A DNA stretch of 64,000 nucleotides from Parvibaculaceae bacterium (GCA_965216825.1 OZ244201.1:492629-556628), one strand, 5' to 3'. Positions 1 to 10,085 are shown, numbered from the stretch's first letter. A program made the numbers and translations. The notes: generated by a model not told the origin, from the sequence alone.

Positions 1-1384
1 CGTCCTTCGACAGCCCCTTGCGGTAAAGGAGAGAAATGGGAACGCGGGCTCCGTCCTGGGCCGTGGCGAAGATGCGCTCCGTCACATAGTCGGCTGGGTC
101 ATGGCCGCTCGGCACTTCCTGTTCCTTCAGGAGCGTGCGCATCCGGCTGTCCATGTCGTAATCGTAGATCTGCTCCGGCGTCGTCATCGAGGAATAGGCA
201 AACCGGACGGCCGGTGTCGCATATTCCAGGCTGCCCAGGAGCGAGAGGTCGTACGCGTCCTCGTCGAAACCGATTTCGTGCTCCCGGCCGTCACCGAGGG
301 CGCGGACCACCAGCCGGTTGACGCCGTCTTCCCGTTCCAGCCGGACATGATGGTCGCGGTAGGCGATCTGGTCGAGCAGCAGGATGCCCGGGCGGTGTGG
401 GACCATATCTTTCCAGTGTTCGCGGCCGGGCGTTTCCCTCGGCGCTTCCACCAGCTTGAAGTCTTCGGCGCCGCCCGCGTTCGTGACGATCAGGAACCGG
501 TCGCGCGGCGCGTCATGCTCGATATCGTATTCGACGCCTGGCTCGCGCTCGGCCACAAGGCGGGGTGCGCTCTCGGGCTCATGGCCGTCGATCAGGTAAC
601 TCTCGCTGGTCTGGTGGTCGTGCGCACTGATGACAATGTAGCGCTTGCTCTGCACCGAGCCGACGCCGACGAAAAAGCCGGGGTCTTTCTCTTCGTAAAC
701 GCAGACGTCGGTCGCCGGATCGTCGCCCAGCCGGTGGCGGAAGACATGGGACGGCCGGTGGTTTTCGTCCACACGGACATAGAAAAGCGTCCTGTTGTCC
801 GGCGCCCAGACGGCGCCGCCGCTGACATCGGGGATCACATCATCGAGGTCCTTGCCGGTCGCCATGTCGCGGACGCGCAGGGTGAAATATTCCGACCCCT
901 TCAGGTCCGCGCTCCAGGCGAACAGCTGGTCGTCGTAGGAGCGCGCCGCGCCCCCGATCTTGAAATAGGCTTCACCCTCCGCTTCCTTGTTGCCGTCGAG
1001 CAGGATTGCTTCGTCGCCCTTGCCCGAGCGCGGCTTGCGGCAGAACAGGGGATGCTGCGCCCCGGTTTCGTATTTCGTGTAATAGAGCCAGTCGCCATGC
1101 GGCGACGGAACGGAGCTGTCATCTTCCTTGATACGGCCCTTGATCTCCTGGAACAGTTTTTCCCTCAGGTCGGCGAGGGGTTCGAAAGCCGCGTCCGCAT
1201 AAGCGTTCTCCGCTTCCAGGTAGGCGCGGATGTCCGGTTGCAGGACGCTCGGGTCCTTCATCAGCGTCTGCCAGTCGGGGTCCCGCAGCCAGGCATAGGG
1301 GTCGCTCCGGGTGATCCCGTGGCGGGTCTCCGAGACGGGTTTCTTGTCGGCGACGGGAGGCGTGGCAGGCAGGGCGAGGGGCAT
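1..1384 (-). CDS. ptrB: oligopeptidase B (protease II, S9A family), N-terminal propeller part; the 3' end lies beyond the window start
   Basis: Not in the ORF track because it is open to the window edge. Manual translation from the ATG at 1384..1382 gives MPLALPATPPVADKKPVSETRHGITRSDPYAWLRDPDW..AYLEAENAYADAAF..GDWLYYTKYETGAQHPLFCRK, a typical PtrB N-terminus. The 101..1447 + ORF is its antisense shadow. Confidence 0.8.
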   Translation of the reverse strand, partial: MPLALPATPPVADKKPVSETRHGITRSDPYAWLRDPDWQTLMKDPSVLQPDIRAYLEAENAYADAAFEPLADLREKLFQEIKGRIKEDDSSVPSPHGDWLYYTKYETGAQHPLFCRKPRSGKGDEAILLDGNKEAEGEAYFKIGGAARSYDDQLFAWSADLKGSEYFTLRVRDMATGKDLDDVIPDVSGGAVWAPDNRTLFYVRVDENHRPSHVFRHRLGDDPATDVCVYEEKDPGFFVGVGSVQSKRYIVISAHDHQTSESYLIDGHEPESAPRLVAEREPGVEYDIEHDAPRDRFLIVTNAGGAEDFKLVEAPRETPGREHWKDMVPHRPGILLLDQIAYRDHHVRLEREDGVNRLVVRALGDGREHEIGFDEDAYDLSLLGSLEYATPAVRFAYSSMTTPEQIYDYDMDSRMRTLLKEQEVPSGHDPADYVTERIFATAQDGARVPISLLYRKGLSKD

Positions 1385-1458
1385 GGACTTCCTTCAGAAA
1401 TGAAAACACCTCCGGCAGCCCGGGCCGCCGGAGGTGACGGAGGATAGAGACGTGCGTC

Positions 1459-1911
1459 TTATTCGAAAAGAAGCGTGATCGTTTCGGCGATCAGCGCCGG
1501 GCGCTCCTGGCCTTCGATCTCGACGGTCACTTCGTTGACGAACTGCGTGCCGCCGCTCTTCGGCGTTGCTTCTTTCAGCTTCACGCGGCCGCGCACTTTC
1601 GAGCCGACGGGCACCATGTTGGTGAAACGCACCGAGTTGGAGCCGTAATTGATGCCCCGGGTCACGCTTTTCACGCCGCTGATTTCGCTCATCAGCTTCG
1701 GCAGCAGCGACAGGGTCAGGTAGCCATGCGCGATGGTCGGCATGCCCAGTTCCTTCTGGGTGCGCTCGGGATCAATGTGGATCCACTGATGGTCGCCAGT
1801 GGCATCCGCGAAGAGGTTGATCCGGTCCTGATCGATTTCCATCCATTCGCTGACGCCGATTTCGTTTCCGGCTTCTGCCGCATAATCGGCGACTGTGTCG
1901 AACACACGCAT
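1459..1911 (-). CDS. MaoC-like (R)-specific enoyl-CoA hydratase/dehydratase, hotdog fold
   Basis: 150 aa. Motifs DQDRINLFADATGDHQWIHIDPERT and IAHGYLTLSLL are typical of the MaoC dehydratase domain. Confidence 0.85.
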   Translation of the reverse strand: MRVFDTVADYAAEAGNEIGVSEWMEIDQDRINLFADATGDHQWIHIDPERTQKELGMPTIAHGYLTLSLLPKLMSEISGVKSVTRGINYGSNSVRFTNMVPVGSKVRGRVKLKEATPKSGGTQFVNEVTVEIEGQERPALIAETITLLFE

Positions 1912-1967
1912 GGTAGTGCCTCCTTGGTAGGGTTTATTGGTAAGGGAACATCCCCGGAAAATTTGGC

Positions 1968-2285
1968 CTAAAGGTAACGGCCCCGTTCGAGGATTTCCAA
2001 CTGATATTCGTCGAAAGAAACGCCCGATTCCCGGGCTTTTTCCACACGGCGCCGGGTGATTTCGGGGCCCGGGCCCGTCATCGCCGCCGCATGAGCCTCT
2101 TTCATCTGCCGGCGTTCCTGCCGGTCCCAGTCAAACAGGCCGGGCCCGCGATTGTGCCCGATCATCGGGTGCAGCGGAATGACATAGCCCTGATAGTCCA
2201 GCCGCTCCACCTGCTGGGAACGCAGTTTACCCAACAGCTCGCCGGCTTTGGGTTTGCGCTTCCGGACCGGGCGGGCGGCCAGCAT
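1968..2285 (-). CDS. hypothetical protein (105 aa)
   Basis: The ORF starts 2 nt after the upstream OmpA-like gene stop, an operon-like arrangement. Amino-acid composition is balanced and no family was recognised. Confidence 0.5.
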   Translation of the reverse strand: MLAARPVRKRKPKAGELLGKLRSQQVERLDYQGYVIPLHPMIGHNRGPGLFDWDRQERRQMKEAHAAAMTGPGPEITRRRVEKARESGVSFDEYQLEILERGRYL

Positions 2286-2287
2286 GG

Positions 2288-2764
2288 TTATTCCGACAGG
2301 CGGATGCGCACGCGCCGGTCTTCTCCCGCCTCCCAGGTCAGGTCTTCGAGCCAGCCCCAGGTCTCGCCTTCCGGTTCAATGGCAATGTCGGCGCGCCGCC
2401 AGCCCAGCCGGCGCAGCTCTGCGGCCACGGCTTCCGAACGCTGGCGCGCAAGCGCCGCATTTGACGCGGGGTCGCCCGTCTTGCTCGCCTTGCCGAACAG
2501 GCAGATCTGGCGGGCATGCTGCCCCTCGGCGCGTTCATAGACCTCGCGGATGATCGCCTTGTCTTCCCGGTCCAGGGCCGACGACGCGACATCGAAATAG
2601 ACGAAGAACTCGCGCCGGAACTTGCCGCCGACACCCTGTTGGTTGCGGCATTCCTTGCCGGAGGAATGGGTCTCCAGAGCGACGGACGGCGCCGGTGCAA
2701 GGGTCAGTGTCGCGGCGGCGATGGCGGCGGCGGCAACGAGGGAAAGGGATCGTGATAGGGACAT
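2288..2764 (-). CDS. OmpA-like domain exported protein
   Basis: N-terminal signal peptide MSLSRSLSLVAAAAIAAATLTLAPA. The C-terminal part (FDVASSALD..ALARQRSEAVAAELRRLG..RRVRIRL) resembles an OmpA/MotB peptidoglycan-binding domain. Confidence 0.7.
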   Translation of the reverse strand: MSLSRSLSLVAAAAIAAATLTLAPAPSVALETHSSGKECRNQQGVGGKFRREFFVYFDVASSALDREDKAIIREVYERAEGQHARQICLFGKASKTGDPASNAALARQRSEAVAAELRRLGWRRADIAIEPEGETWGWLEDLTWEAGEDRRVRIRLSE

Positions 2765-2828
2765 GTGTCTTCCTGATGGTTCGGTACGTACCCCGGAAAC
2801 ACAGAGTCTAGCCGGAACCGGCCCCGCG

Positions 2829-3575
2829 TCAAACCGTATCCCCGGCCCGCACCCGCACCGCGCGTTCCAGCGCGTGCAACGGGCCTTCGCTGAGGCCGAA
2901 CGCGTTGAGATGGTCGATGGTCCGGTAGAGATAGTCCCGGTTCGTCCCGATGTCGCCTTCCGCCCGTGCGATGCGGCGCACCGCCTTCTCGAACGTTATG
3001 CGCCCCGCATAGCGTTTGCTTTGCCGGTTGGCGACGAAGGTGAGCGCTTCCGCCTGCGTGTCGCCCAGATCCAGCGTAACGCGTTTGGGCACGTAGCCGG
3101 TCCCGACCATTTCGCGCAGCCAGAGAATTTCCGTCTCGCTTTCCACATGTTCCGGCGCGATGTGGTGGGCGATGCCGACGCACGACCCGCCCGCGTCGAG
3201 GCCCAGCATCAGGCCGGGACGTTTCGGGCTGCCGCGGCCGATCACGAGATGAAGGCAGAAGGAGCGGTGGTAGCCGAAAAGGTGCGCCCGTTCGGAGCGC
3301 GCGACATGGAAGGCCGGGTTCCACATGAGCGAGCCATAGCCGAACACCCACAGGCCGTCTTCATGGGGTGTTGTGTCGAGAAACTCGCGGCGCGAGCGTT
3401 CGCGCTCTTCGTGTGTGATCAGCGAATAACCGGGGAGCGACGCGACGTCGCGCTCGAGCCGCTCGATAAAGGCCCGCGTCAGGTGTTCGCGTTTCAGGAG
3501 CCCGTCGCCCGCGAACGTGGGCAGGCGACGGGAAGGTTTTGTCTTGCTCGCCGGGTTAGACGATTTTCGAGTCAC
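2829..3575 (-). CDS. ChaC-family gamma-glutamylcyclotransferase
   Basis: GLWVFGYGSLMWNPAF..LFGYHRSFCL..GLMLGLD motifs. The start is uncertain: the track ORF runs to 3683 but overlaps the upstream gene. The GTG at 3575 was chosen as the first in-frame start near the upstream stop at 3556. Confidence 0.7.
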   Translation of the reverse strand: MTRKSSNPASKTKPSRRLPTFAGDGLLKREHLTRAFIERLERDVASLPGYSLITHEERERSRREFLDTTPHEDGLWVFGYGSLMWNPAFHVARSERAHLFGYHRSFCLHLVIGRGSPKRPGLMLGLDAGGSCVGIAHHIAPEHVESETEILWLREMVGTGYVPKRVTLDLGDTQAEALTFVANRQSKRYAGRITFEKAVRRIARAEGDIGTNRDYLYRTIDHLNAFGLSEGPLHALERAVRVRAGDTV

Positions 3576-5130
3576 GATTGCCCCAGTACCGGTCCCGGAC
3601 CAGGCGTTTGTAGAGCTTGCCTGTCGGGTGGCGCGGCAGTTCCTCGTCGAAATCGACCGAGCGCGGGCATTTGATCTGCGCAAGCTGCTCGCGGCAGAAA
3701 TCCAGAAGCTCGGCTTCCAGTTCCGGCCCGGCTTCGTTCCAGTCGACCGGCTGCACGACCGCTTTCACTTCTTCACCGAAATCCTCGTTGGGCACGCCGA
3801 TCACCGCCACGTCCGCGACGCGCGGGTGCGTGATGAGAACGTTCTCGGCTTCCTGCGGGTAGATGTTCACCCCGCCGGAAATGATCATGAACGCCTTGCG
3901 GTCCGTGAGGTAGAGATAGCCGTCTTCGTCGACGCGGCCCACGTCGCCCAGCGTGGTCCAGCCGCGCTTGGTCGGGTGGCGGGAGTCTTTCGTCTTGTCC
4001 GGATCGTTGTGATACTCGAACAGTTCGTCCGGATCGGCATCTTCCGCCGGGGCGAAATAGATCGTGCCGGCTTCGCCCGTCGGCAGTTCCTCGCCGTCCT
4101 CGTCGCAGATATGCACCGAGCCGAGCAGCGGTTTGCCGACAGAGCCCTTGTGCGCCAGCCATTCTTCGGAATTGAGCTGGCAGAAACCGTTCCCCTCGGA
4201 ACCGGCGTAATATTCGTAAATGATCGGACCCCACCATTCGATCATCTGCTGCTTGACCGGGATCGGGCACGGCGCGGCAGCATGAATGGCGACCTTGTGA
4301 GTGGAGAGATCGTACTTCGTGCGGTCCGCTTCCGGCATTTTCAGCATGCGCACGAACATGGTCGGCACCCATTGCGAGTGCGTGATCTTGTGCTTTTCGA
4401 TGAGCTTCAGGCACTGCTCCGGATCGAAATGATCCATCACGATGCAGGTGCCGCCGATACGCTGGACCGACATGTTGTAGCGCAGCGGGGCCGCGTGATA
4501 GAGCGGCGCCGGCGACAGGTACATCGTGTCTTCCGTCATGCCATAAAGCAGCGTGACGAGGTTCAGCAGGCCTTCGCCCTCGTCGATCGGTCCGCCGGAA
4601 AGCTTCCGGCGGATGCCCTTCGGACGGCCCGTCGTGCCGGACGAGTAGAGCATGTCCGTGCCTGCCGTCTCGTCGGCGATGCGTTCCGCCGGCATGGCAT
4701 TGCGGCATTCCTCGTAGCTCTCGTAGCCGTCGTCCTTGCCATTGATCATGTAGCGCTTCGACACGCCTTTCAGCATGCCGCGGCCGACCAGTTCCTCGGC
4801 AACCGGGGCCAGTTCTTTCGACGTGAAGAACAGCTTCGCACCGCAATCGCCGACGATATAGTCCACTTCCGGTGCTGTCAGGCGCGAGGAGGCGGCCGTG
4901 AAGTAAAGGCCCGCGCGCTGGGCGGCCCAGCACAGTTCGAGGAACCGTGCATTGTTTTCCATGAAAATGGCGATCGAGTCGCCGGGTTTCAGCCCCTCGG
5001 CGCGGAAGAGCTGTGCGGCCTGGTTGGTCCGGTCTTCCAGTTCTCCATAGGTCACGGTCTCGCCGGTCGCCGCCATAATATAAGCCGGTTTGTCCGGGTT
5101 TTTGGCCGCATGGTGGCAGGGGTGGAACAT
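3556..5130 (-). CDS. acyl-CoA synthetase (AMP-forming, ANL superfamily)
   Basis: 524 aa with the AMP-binding signature LYSSGTTGRPKGI and a C-terminal GDVGRVDEDGYLYLTDRKAFMIISGGVNIYPQE motif. Confidence 0.9.
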   Translation of the reverse strand: MFHPCHHAAKNPDKPAYIMAATGETVTYGELEDRTNQAAQLFRAEGLKPGDSIAIFMENNARFLELCWAAQRAGLYFTAASSRLTAPEVDYIVGDCGAKLFFTSKELAPVAEELVGRGMLKGVSKRYMINGKDDGYESYEECRNAMPAERIADETAGTDMLYSSGTTGRPKGIRRKLSGGPIDEGEGLLNLVTLLYGMTEDTMYLSPAPLYHAAPLRYNMSVQRIGGTCIVMDHFDPEQCLKLIEKHKITHSQWVPTMFVRMLKMPEADRTKYDLSTHKVAIHAAAPCPIPVKQQMIEWWGPIIYEYYAGSEGNGFCQLNSEEWLAHKGSVGKPLLGSVHICDEDGEELPTGEAGTIYFAPAEDADPDELFEYHNDPDKTKDSRHPTKRGWTTLGDVGRVDEDGYLYLTDRKAFMIISGGVNIYPQEAENVLITHPRVADVAVIGVPNEDFGEEVKAVVQPVDWNEAGPELEAELLDFCREQLAQIKCPRSVDFDEELPRHPTGKLYKRLVRDRYWGNRDSKIV

Positions 5131-5340
5131 CTGTCGTCTCTCCCGTCGGTCGTTTGTTCGTTGGCCGCGCGCCTTGCGCGGTGCATATCGGCTTTTCTGG
5201 GGTGCAGCCGTTTAGCGAAGCCTGTTATATCAGGTAGCAGCAGATATACACCGCCCGCGCCGCGCACGTAAGGGGTCGTTTGGCCCCGGGTGCCTGACGT
5301 AGGGGAAGGCAGAATGCTTCATACGAACAGGGAGAAAAAC

Positions 5341-6246
5341 ATGGGTTACAACACCATCAAATACGAGGTTGAGGACAATATCCTGACCCTCACGCTGCAC
5401 CGTCCGGACAAGATGAACGCTTTCACCGGCGAGATGATGGCCGAGATGATCGACGCCTTCGACCGGGCCGATGCGGACGATGACGTCCGGGCGATCATCG
5501 TGACCGGCGAAGGCAAGGCTTTCTGCGCCGGGGCGGACCTGTCGGCAGGCGCCAAGACCTTCGACTATGAAAAGCGCGACGACCGGCCCGACAAGGAAGG
5601 CTCGGCCATGACGGCGGACGGCGAGGTCAACTGGAGCCACCCGTCGGTGCGCGACGGCGGCGGCCGCCTGACGCTGCGCATCTATGAAAGCCTGAAGCCG
5701 GTGATCGGCGCCATCAACGGCGCGGCTGTCGGCATCGGCGTCACCATGCAATTGCCGATGGATATCCGTCTGGCGTCCGACAAGGCCCGTTTCGGCTTCG
5801 TCTTCGCCCGCCGCGGCATCGTGCCGGAAGCCTGCTCGAGCTGGTTCCTGCCGCGCGTCGTCGGCGTCAGCCAGGCGCTGGAATGGACCTATTCGGGCCG
5901 CGTGTTCGACGCGGAGGAAGCGCTGCGTGGCGGTCTGGTGAAGGAAATCTACAAGCCGGAAGAACTGCTGCCGGCCGCGCGCGCGATTGCCCGCGAGATC
6001 GCGGACAATACGGCGCCGGTCTCCATCGCGCTCACCCGTCAGATGATCTGGCGCATGGCCGGTGCCGACCATCCGATGGAAGCGCACAAGATCGACAGCC
6101 GGGCCATCTATGCGCGCGGCGCATCGGCGGACGCCAAGGAAGGCGTCATGTCGTTCCTGGAAAAACGGCCCGCGACCTATCCGTGCAAGGTATCGGAAGA
6201 CATGCCGTCTTTCTTCCCCTGGTGGGAAGAGCGCGAATACAAGTAA
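5341..6246 (+). CDS. enoyl-CoA hydratase/isomerase (crotonase) family protein
   Basis: LTLHRPDKMNAF, VTGEGKAFCAGADL and GAINGAAVGIGVTM motifs. The ATG at 5341 follows GGGAGA. The track ORF starts earlier, at 5290. Confidence 0.85.
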   Translation: MGYNTIKYEVEDNILTLTLHRPDKMNAFTGEMMAEMIDAFDRADADDDVRAIIVTGEGKAFCAGADLSAGAKTFDYEKRDDRPDKEGSAMTADGEVNWSHPSVRDGGGRLTLRIYESLKPVIGAINGAAVGIGVTMQLPMDIRLASDKARFGFVFARRGIVPEACSSWFLPRVVGVSQALEWTYSGRVFDAEEALRGGLVKEIYKPEELLPAARAIAREIADNTAPVSIALTRQMIWRMAGADHPMEAHKIDSRAIYARGASADAKEGVMSFLEKRPATYPCKVSEDMPSFFPWWEEREYK

Positions 6247-6273
6247 GCGCGCCGCAGAGACGATCGGGACCGG

Positions 6274-7524
6274 TCAGGCGGCGGACGCCTGGCCGGTTCT
6301 GGCTTCCAGCCGCCACAGGCCGGTGAAGAAGAAAATGCTGAGCCAGAGCACCACCATGCAGCTCGACGGCACCAGCACGGCATCGAGCGGCCCCAGCAGC
6401 TTGATCACGAAGCCCGACAGCAGCGCGCCGATCGGCCCGCCGCCCATCGACCCCAGTTGAAAAACCGAAAGCACCCGCGCGCGGTGACTGTCCGTCGCCG
6501 CCGCCTGTACGATCGCGCGCGACTGGCTCATGGAAACGCCTGCCGACAGGCCCCAGCAGAGCGCCAGCGTATAGACCAGCCAGAGCGGCGGATGGAAATG
6601 CAGGAACACCATCACGATGGAGCCCATACACATGGCGGACATGATGGCACGCCCCTGACGGCGGATCGGCGGCAAGCGGCTTTGCATCATCGAGGAAAGA
6701 CCGATGCCGCCGAAGAAGCAGGCATTGATGAAGGCGATCTCGAAGGATCCGCCGCCGTAAATGTCGCGGATGAGGATCGGAAACAGCACCATGAAGACGC
6801 CGATGTAAAGAATGCCCGAGAAAAACATGAGGAGAACGACAGGGCGGATGCTCTCGCTTTGCCAGACAATATCGATCCCTTCGCGGATCTGCCGCAATTG
6901 CGAGGGCCGGCTGCCCGACGCACCATGAACCTCGCTGGGCGGGGCAGGCGGCAGGCGCATGGTCGTCACCGCCGCCATGAAGAGGGAGAAGGACTGCGCG
7001 ATCATCAGCGGCGCGGCGCCGACAATGGTCGCCAGCCCGCCGATCAGGAGGCCGAGCACCTGAGACAGGAATTGCATGCCGGTCGCCATCGTGACCGCCT
7101 GCTGGATGCGCCCGCCGAGGCTGGTCTTGGCCACGCGCGTAAGCAGCGAGTCGCGCGCCGGCATGGTGAACGCGCCGAGCGCGGAGAGAAGGAGCGCGTA
7201 GGCGATCATCGCCTCGTAGGAGAGATAGCCCGTCAGTAAAAGGGCGACGAGGCCAAGCGGAATGACGGACGCCACCAGTTGCAGCCGCATCAGATGGCGG
7301 CGCAGTTCTGCGCGGTCGGCGCTGGCGCCGCCGAACAGGCCGAGCAGCAGCATTGGCAGCATGGCGAACATCTGGGCGAGGCCCACCCGGTCCGCGCTTT
7401 GCTCCAGAACAAATGCGATCAGCCAGGGAAAGATGACCGATTGCACGCCGCCGGCGAAAAAGTAGGCGCCGACGCCACCCATGTACCAGTGAAGGTCGGC
7501 TCTGTTCTGATGCTCCTGCGCCAC
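6274..7524 (-). CDS. MFS transporter (EntS/MFS_3-like), paralog 1 of 3
   Basis: 416 aa and highly hydrophobic. It shares FPWL..LGLFGGASADR..MPARDSLL motifs with the two downstream paralogs. Confidence 0.85.
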   Translation of the reverse strand: MAQEHQNRADLHWYMGGVGAYFFAGGVQSVIFPWLIAFVLEQSADRVGLAQMFAMLPMLLLGLFGGASADRAELRRHLMRLQLVASVIPLGLVALLLTGYLSYEAMIAYALLLSALGAFTMPARDSLLTRVAKTSLGGRIQQAVTMATGMQFLSQVLGLLIGGLATIVGAAPLMIAQSFSLFMAAVTTMRLPPAPPSEVHGASGSRPSQLRQIREGIDIVWQSESIRPVVLLMFFSGILYIGVFMVLFPILIRDIYGGGSFEIAFINACFFGGIGLSSMMQSRLPPIRRQGRAIMSAMCMGSIVMVFLHFHPPLWLVYTLALCWGLSAGVSMSQSRAIVQAAATDSHRARVLSVFQLGSMGGGPIGALLSGFVIKLLGPLDAVLVPSSCMVVLWLSIFFFTGLWRLEARTGQASAA

Positions 7525-7634
7525 GGCAGTTCCTCGCTCGGATCGTCCGCAGGACGGTCATCTCCTGCGCCAGAAAGGGCGTAAGCGGAATGCCGGAAGA
7601 AGGCAAGCCGCCAGCGCCGCAGGCGGCCAGATCC

Positions 7635-8834
7635 TCAGTCGGACGCTGCGGCAGTGGCGAGGGTGCGAATCGACCAGATGGGCGTCGCCGCGCAGGCGAG
7701 CATGAGCATCACAAGCATGCCCGCCGACGGGATCAGCACCGCGATATGGGGCCCGAACCACTCGATATAAAAACCGCTGAGGAACGCCCCGATGGGCGCG
7801 CCGCCGAGCACCCCCATCTGGAACACGGCGAGCACCCGGGCGCGGTGGGTCGGCGGCGCCGATTCCTGGATGATCGTGCGGTTCATCGTCATGGCGACGC
7901 CGCCGCCGCATCCCCAGAAAAAGGCCACGAGCACGAACAACGGAAAGCTCGGGGCAATGGAGAAGGACGCCATCACGAAGGCGCCCCAGAAAAGCGCAAT
8001 GATCAGTGCGCGGCCCTGCCGGACGATGCCGCCTGCGCGCCCGATCAGGGTCGCCGTCAGGATGATGCCCGTCATCATCGCAATGTTCGTATAGGCAAGC
8101 TCGGGCGACCCGCCGTCGAATATGTCCCGCACGAAGATCGGCAGGACGACCTGAGACGTGCCGAAAAACAGGATGCCGACGCCGAACACGATGGCCGTCG
8201 GCGCAAAGAGGCGCGGCGTGTTTCGAACTTCCCGCAGCCCGTCGGCAATCGCGCCGATGGAGGGCGCCCGCCCGCCCGTCGGCTTGTGTGTGGGGAGATA
8301 AACCGCGAGGGCAGCGCCCGCCCACAGGAGCGCTGCCTGGCAGAGGAAAATGACTCCGACGCCGATCAGCGGTTCCATCGCCGCAAGGCCGAAGCCGACG
8401 ATCTGCGCGCCGAACTGGAAGGCCGTCGCGGCCATCACCGCCTTCTGGATATTCGAGCCGGAAATATAGGACAGGAGAGAATCCCGGGCGGGAATGATGA
8501 AGGCGCCCGCCGTGCCCATGATCAGCGCATAGACGATCAGCAGCGGATAGGTGAGCGTGTCGGTCAGGTAGGCGGCGAACAGCCCGATCGCGGGCAGCCC
8601 GGCAAGCACGTGTACGAGGATGAGAATGCGGCGGCTGTCTATATGGTCCGCGGTTGCCCCGCCCAGCAGGATCAGCAGCATGGTCGGCAGGAAGAGCGCC
8701 ATCATGGCGAAGCCGAGTTCTGCCGGTCCCTGTCCAAGGTAAATCGTCACGAGGAACGGAAAGAGGACGGTCTGGATGCCGATCGCGCCGAACCAGCTGA
8801 CGAGGCCGCCGAGATAGAACGTCAAAGGGCGCAT
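7635..8834 (-). CDS. MFS transporter (EntS/MFS_3-like), paralog 2 of 3
   Basis: 399 aa with LFPFLV..LLGGATADHIDSRR..IPARDSLL motifs. It is colinear with its neighbours. Confidence 0.85.
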   Translation of the reverse strand: MRPLTFYLGGLVSWFGAIGIQTVLFPFLVTIYLGQGPAELGFAMMALFLPTMLLILLGGATADHIDSRRILILVHVLAGLPAIGLFAAYLTDTLTYPLLIVYALIMGTAGAFIIPARDSLLSYISGSNIQKAVMAATAFQFGAQIVGFGLAAMEPLIGVGVIFLCQAALLWAGAALAVYLPTHKPTGGRAPSIGAIADGLREVRNTPRLFAPTAIVFGVGILFFGTSQVVLPIFVRDIFDGGSPELAYTNIAMMTGIILTATLIGRAGGIVRQGRALIIALFWGAFVMASFSIAPSFPLFVLVAFFWGCGGGVAMTMNRTIIQESAPPTHRARVLAVFQMGVLGGAPIGAFLSGFYIEWFGPHIAVLIPSAGMLVMLMLACAATPIWSIRTLATAAASD

Positions 8835-8858
8835 GCGTGGTTCCTTGCTGAGGGACGG

Positions 8859-10085
8859 TCAGGCGGCGGGAGCGCGCAGCGACCAGAGCCGGGAGGTTAG
8901 CATAAGCCACGCGAGAACCAGCGTCATGCCGCAGGCGGGAAACCACATGGCGGTATGCGTGCCGAAAATGCCGGCGAGGACGCCCATCAGCAGCGAACCC
9001 AGCGGCGCCCCGCCGGAAAAGCCGAGCTGGAAGATCGAAAGCGCGCGTGCCCGGAATGCATCGTCCGCCTGTGCCTGCACGATCGTCCGGCTCAGCGTCA
9101 TGACGCATCCGGCGCCAAGCCCCCAGATGAGCGAGAATGTGCAGAACAGCCAGAACGGAATTTCGAACGAAAAGCCCGTAACCGCGGCGACGCCGGTGGC
9201 AAGGGCCAGGATCATGCCGCGGCCGCGGCGCGTCACATGGCCGAAGCGCAGGAGAAAAACCGTCGAGACGATGGTGCCGCCCCAGAATGCGATATTGGCC
9301 GTCCCCAGTTCGACCACGCCGCCGAGATAATAGTCGCGCACGATCAGCGGCAGGATGACGAGGAAGGACCCGATATAGAAGACCCCGACGGCGAACATGG
9401 CGATGACGACCGGCAGCAGGACATCCGATTGCCGTACATACCCGAGCCCGTCGCGCATGGCGCGAAGCCGCGGCGCATGAACGGTGCTCGCGTCCACCAC
9501 TTTTGGCGGCAATTGGCGGGCGGCCAGTCCGCCCCCCAGAAGAATGAGCGATTGCATGGCAAAGAGAAGGGGCGCGCCGAACGCTGCCGCGGAAATGGCG
9601 GCCACCATGCCGAGCAGTTGCGTGGTCTGCTGAACCGCAAGCGCCAGCGTCACGGTTCGCTGGATGTTGCCCTGGGCCACCCGGTTGAGCGTCGCATCCC
9701 GCGCGGGCACGGCGAAGGCGGTCGCGAGCCCCATGCAAAGCCCGTATCCGATCAGGACTTCATAGGAGAACGCATCCGCATTGAGCATCGTCGCAAGCGC
9801 CAGCGGCGGTACTGCCGCAAAAAGATGAACGCGGAAGAGAATGGTGCGTGGGTCGCTCCGGTCCGCCGTTGCGCCGCCGAGCAGCATGAAGAGCAGCGCG
9901 GGCGCCGACAGGCTCATCTGCGCGATGCCGACCCGCGCCGGTGTTTCGTGCAGCACATTGGCGACGAGAAACGGGAACAGGACGAACTGCAGGCCGATGC
10001 TCGTGAACCAGGCGCCCTGGCCCGCCATGTACCAGGCCAACGGCCGCGCATCCGGTACGCTCTCTTTGATCCGATCGTCGCTCAC
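8859..10085 (-). CDS. MFS transporter (EntS/MFS_3-like), paralog 3 of 3
   Basis: 408 aa with LFPFLV..LLGGATADRSDPR..VPARDATL motifs. Confidence 0.85.
   Translation of the reverse strand: MSDDRIKESVPDARPLAWYMAGQGAWFTSIGLQFVLFPFLVANVLHETPARVGIAQMSLSAPALLFMLLGGATADRSDPRTILFRVHLFAAVPPLALATMLNADAFSYEVLIGYGLCMGLATAFAVPARDATLNRVAQGNIQRTVTLALAVQQTTQLLGMVAAISAAAFGAPLLFAMQSLILLGGGLAARQLPPKVVDASTVHAPRLRAMRDGLGYVRQSDVLLPVVIAMFAVGVFYIGSFLVILPLIVRDYYLGGVVELGTANIAFWGGTIVSTVFLLRFGHVTRRGRGMILALATGVAAVTGFSFEIPFWLFCTFSLIWGLGAGCVMTLSRTIVQAQADDAFRARALSIFQLGFSGGAPLGSLLMGVLAGIFGTHTAMWFPACGMTLVLAWLMLTSRLWSLRAPAA

Noticed and set aside
101-1447. 448-aa + strand ORF
   Set aside because: Arg/Ala/Val/Gly-rich with no recognisable motifs. 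It is the antisense shadow of the clearly recognisable oligopeptidase B gene on the minus strand.
5225-5248. Weak inverted repeat TATATC-N11-GATATA in the acyl-CoA synthetase / enoyl-CoA hydratase divergent region
   Set aside because: The arms are only 6 bp and there is no regulator gene nearby. Chance occurrence in an AT-richer spacer cannot be excluded.
3517-5271. 584-aa + strand ORF and the nested 386-aa minus-strand ORF (3773..4933)
   Set aside because: These are antisense or alternative-frame shadows of the acyl-CoA synthetase gene (3556..5130), which carries the AMP-binding signature. Their composition is typical of high-GC off-frame translation.
7558-9738. 726-aa minus-strand ORF spanning two MFS genes, plus the + strand ORFs 7590..8900 and 8955..10196
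   Set aside because: Extremely Arg/His/Pro-rich and out of frame with, or antisense to, the hydrophobic MFS reading frames, which are far better supported.
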